DNA of 64,000 nucleotides from Podarcis erhardii (lineage: Eukaryota): NCBI GenBank assembly GCA_964252035.1, contig OZ176203.1, one strand, 5' to 3'. The notes beneath the pieces are model-generated. The model did not search any database, was not told where the DNA came from, and worked only from the letters and a program-made list of their open reading frames with translations. A program made the translations under genes and the position numbers. Positions within the stretch are counted from its first letter, which is position 1. Each line of letters begins with the position of its first letter. This document shows positions 62,247-64,000 of the stretch, one piece after another.

Positions 62247-64000
62247 AAAAAACATTATGGAAATAAAAACTATCAACTGTATAACCACAATACATCTACA
62301 AAAAAATTCTCTCCCATTGCTTTAAAACTCTATTTTCCCACGAAAAAAATCAGTGATTAGTCTATATCAACTACCTGATGGCAAAATAAAGCAAAATCTT
62401 ACAGATATTAAGATACTGAATTATCCTCTTAAGACTTAATTATACCAATTTAGTAACAATCAAATGTATATATTTTGCTCAAAATCATTGTAAATTCACA
62501 AAAATCCAAATGAAGCAAATTAAACAAAGCCACAGTGAAATCAACATTGTAGATTTTAATATTTCTTAAATACTGATGTTCAGAATACATCAGAAAATAT
62601 ATGACGTATGCCCAAGAAACAGTTCTCTAAGCGATTGGTTCATGTTGGATTCGTATTACAGAAACTTTATTCCATTCAAAAAGCATTGCATATGCTATGC
62701 TTTTGTGTCTAGCAAATGTATCCTGTTACTTAGGCACAATTTCAAATTGGGCCTGAATCTGCCTACTTTTCCAGGAATATTTAACTTGAGTATATGGCAT
62801 TCTTTTAGTTATCAGCAAGCCAATGAACCTTGGGAAGGGATTCTGCAGCGAGTTATTCATCTCTAGATTGACTGGACATGAAAAATAACCATAATGAGCA
62901 GTTTTACTAGTTGATGTTTGAGAGGTTGCCTTCAAAGCTACTTCAATTATCAACTTGATGATATAAATACTACCTTGCTATCTATATGCCAATTCAGCAC
63001 ACCCTTCCAAAGTACATGCAAATTCTTATGCTATCTCTTGCACCCAAATCTACTAGTAGTCTAAGTGTGGGAACTCCATTTTCGCTTCTGGAAACACCCT
63101 GTTCTAATGAAGCATTTCATTCTTAAGTTTCTTTCGAGACACAGCTGCAGCATTCTGCATATACTTTTCTGAGTAATTGTCACCTGCTAACAGAGACATA
63201 CTGAAGACCCACCCATTACTAGCTCTGAGAAATACTGCCACTATGAAAAGTCTGCCTGTAAAGCTTTCTAGCAATTCATCCATAAAAAAATCACTTTCAA
63301 TTGATATTTGGTACACCACAGAGGGAACACAGAGGGGGGAAACGATGTTTAAATTACAGGATACAAGCAAATATTCAAAGTTAGATTTTGTGTTTTGCAT
63401 GTAGGTCATACAGCCTAACTTTCATTTTTCTAAATGCAATTTTACAGTTTATTCATCCAGAAAGTAAACTGGGCATGTTTAGTATTTTTTTATGAAGGTG
63501 GGAGTGTAAAATGCTGCTGTAACTGTGTAAAAGTATTTACTTAGTATGCATTTAGTTTGGTTTATAAATCCGGTGTATAAAAATAAATAGCATGACGATA
63601 TTAATAAGTACTGAAATGCACTCTCAAGGTACAGACAATGCTTTTAATATCTGACATTGTTTCAATCAGAACATATCTCAATATAACCTAACCTTTCATT
63701 TTTACTTCAGGCACTATTCTGATACCTTTAGGAACTTCGCATTTCAATGTCAGAAAGCTCTGCAATTAAGGTGTTCTATATCTACTGCTGGGTTAGCAGA
63801 CTTTCAATGAAAAGGAATGGAAAAATGCAAGACTCAATAGAAAGTCAAACATGTACAGAAATTATTACTTCTGATCTGTTCTTCAAGATATCATTCTTCC
63901 CTGGCTTCTGTTGAGGTTAAGCTGCAGAGTTCCTGTCTATTGTTCGAAACAGAGCCTGATACTCTTAAGTAGATATGTTGTCACCCTTTCTTACCAGGCA

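Overview
Squamate reptile genomic DNA, probably a lacertid lizard (inferred from a Sauria SINE, Squam-like SINEs and Tigger-like MITEs). It covers the ARX-POLA1 locus. On the + strand is ARX: the end of exon 1 (1-59), exons 2-5 (1239-1944, 4845-4890, 7712-8049, 11499-11739) and the 3' UTR to about 12.85 kb. All splice sites are GT-AG, the phases join in frame, and the homeodomain and OAR domain are recognisable. On the - strand is the last coding exon of POLA1 (19616-19779), convergent with ARX. I could not find the preceding POLA1 exon, so 19780-64000 is read as part of a last intron longer than 44 kb. In mammals this region is a known genomic regulatory block with ultraconserved ARX forebrain enhancers. 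Five N-runs (148, 252, 940, 262 and 196 nt) have unique, homeodomain-motif-rich flanks. Three lie where the hs122 (uc.468/469) and hs121 (uc.467) orthologues are expected; the pair at 42.6-43.5 kb matches no named element I can recall. Their contents cannot be seen. The intron also carries seven copies of one MITE, several sister MITE families, a solo LTR, SINEs and LINE fragments. I found no CRISPR, rRNA or tRNA genes. Enhancer calls rest on motifs and position only; I ran no alignments.
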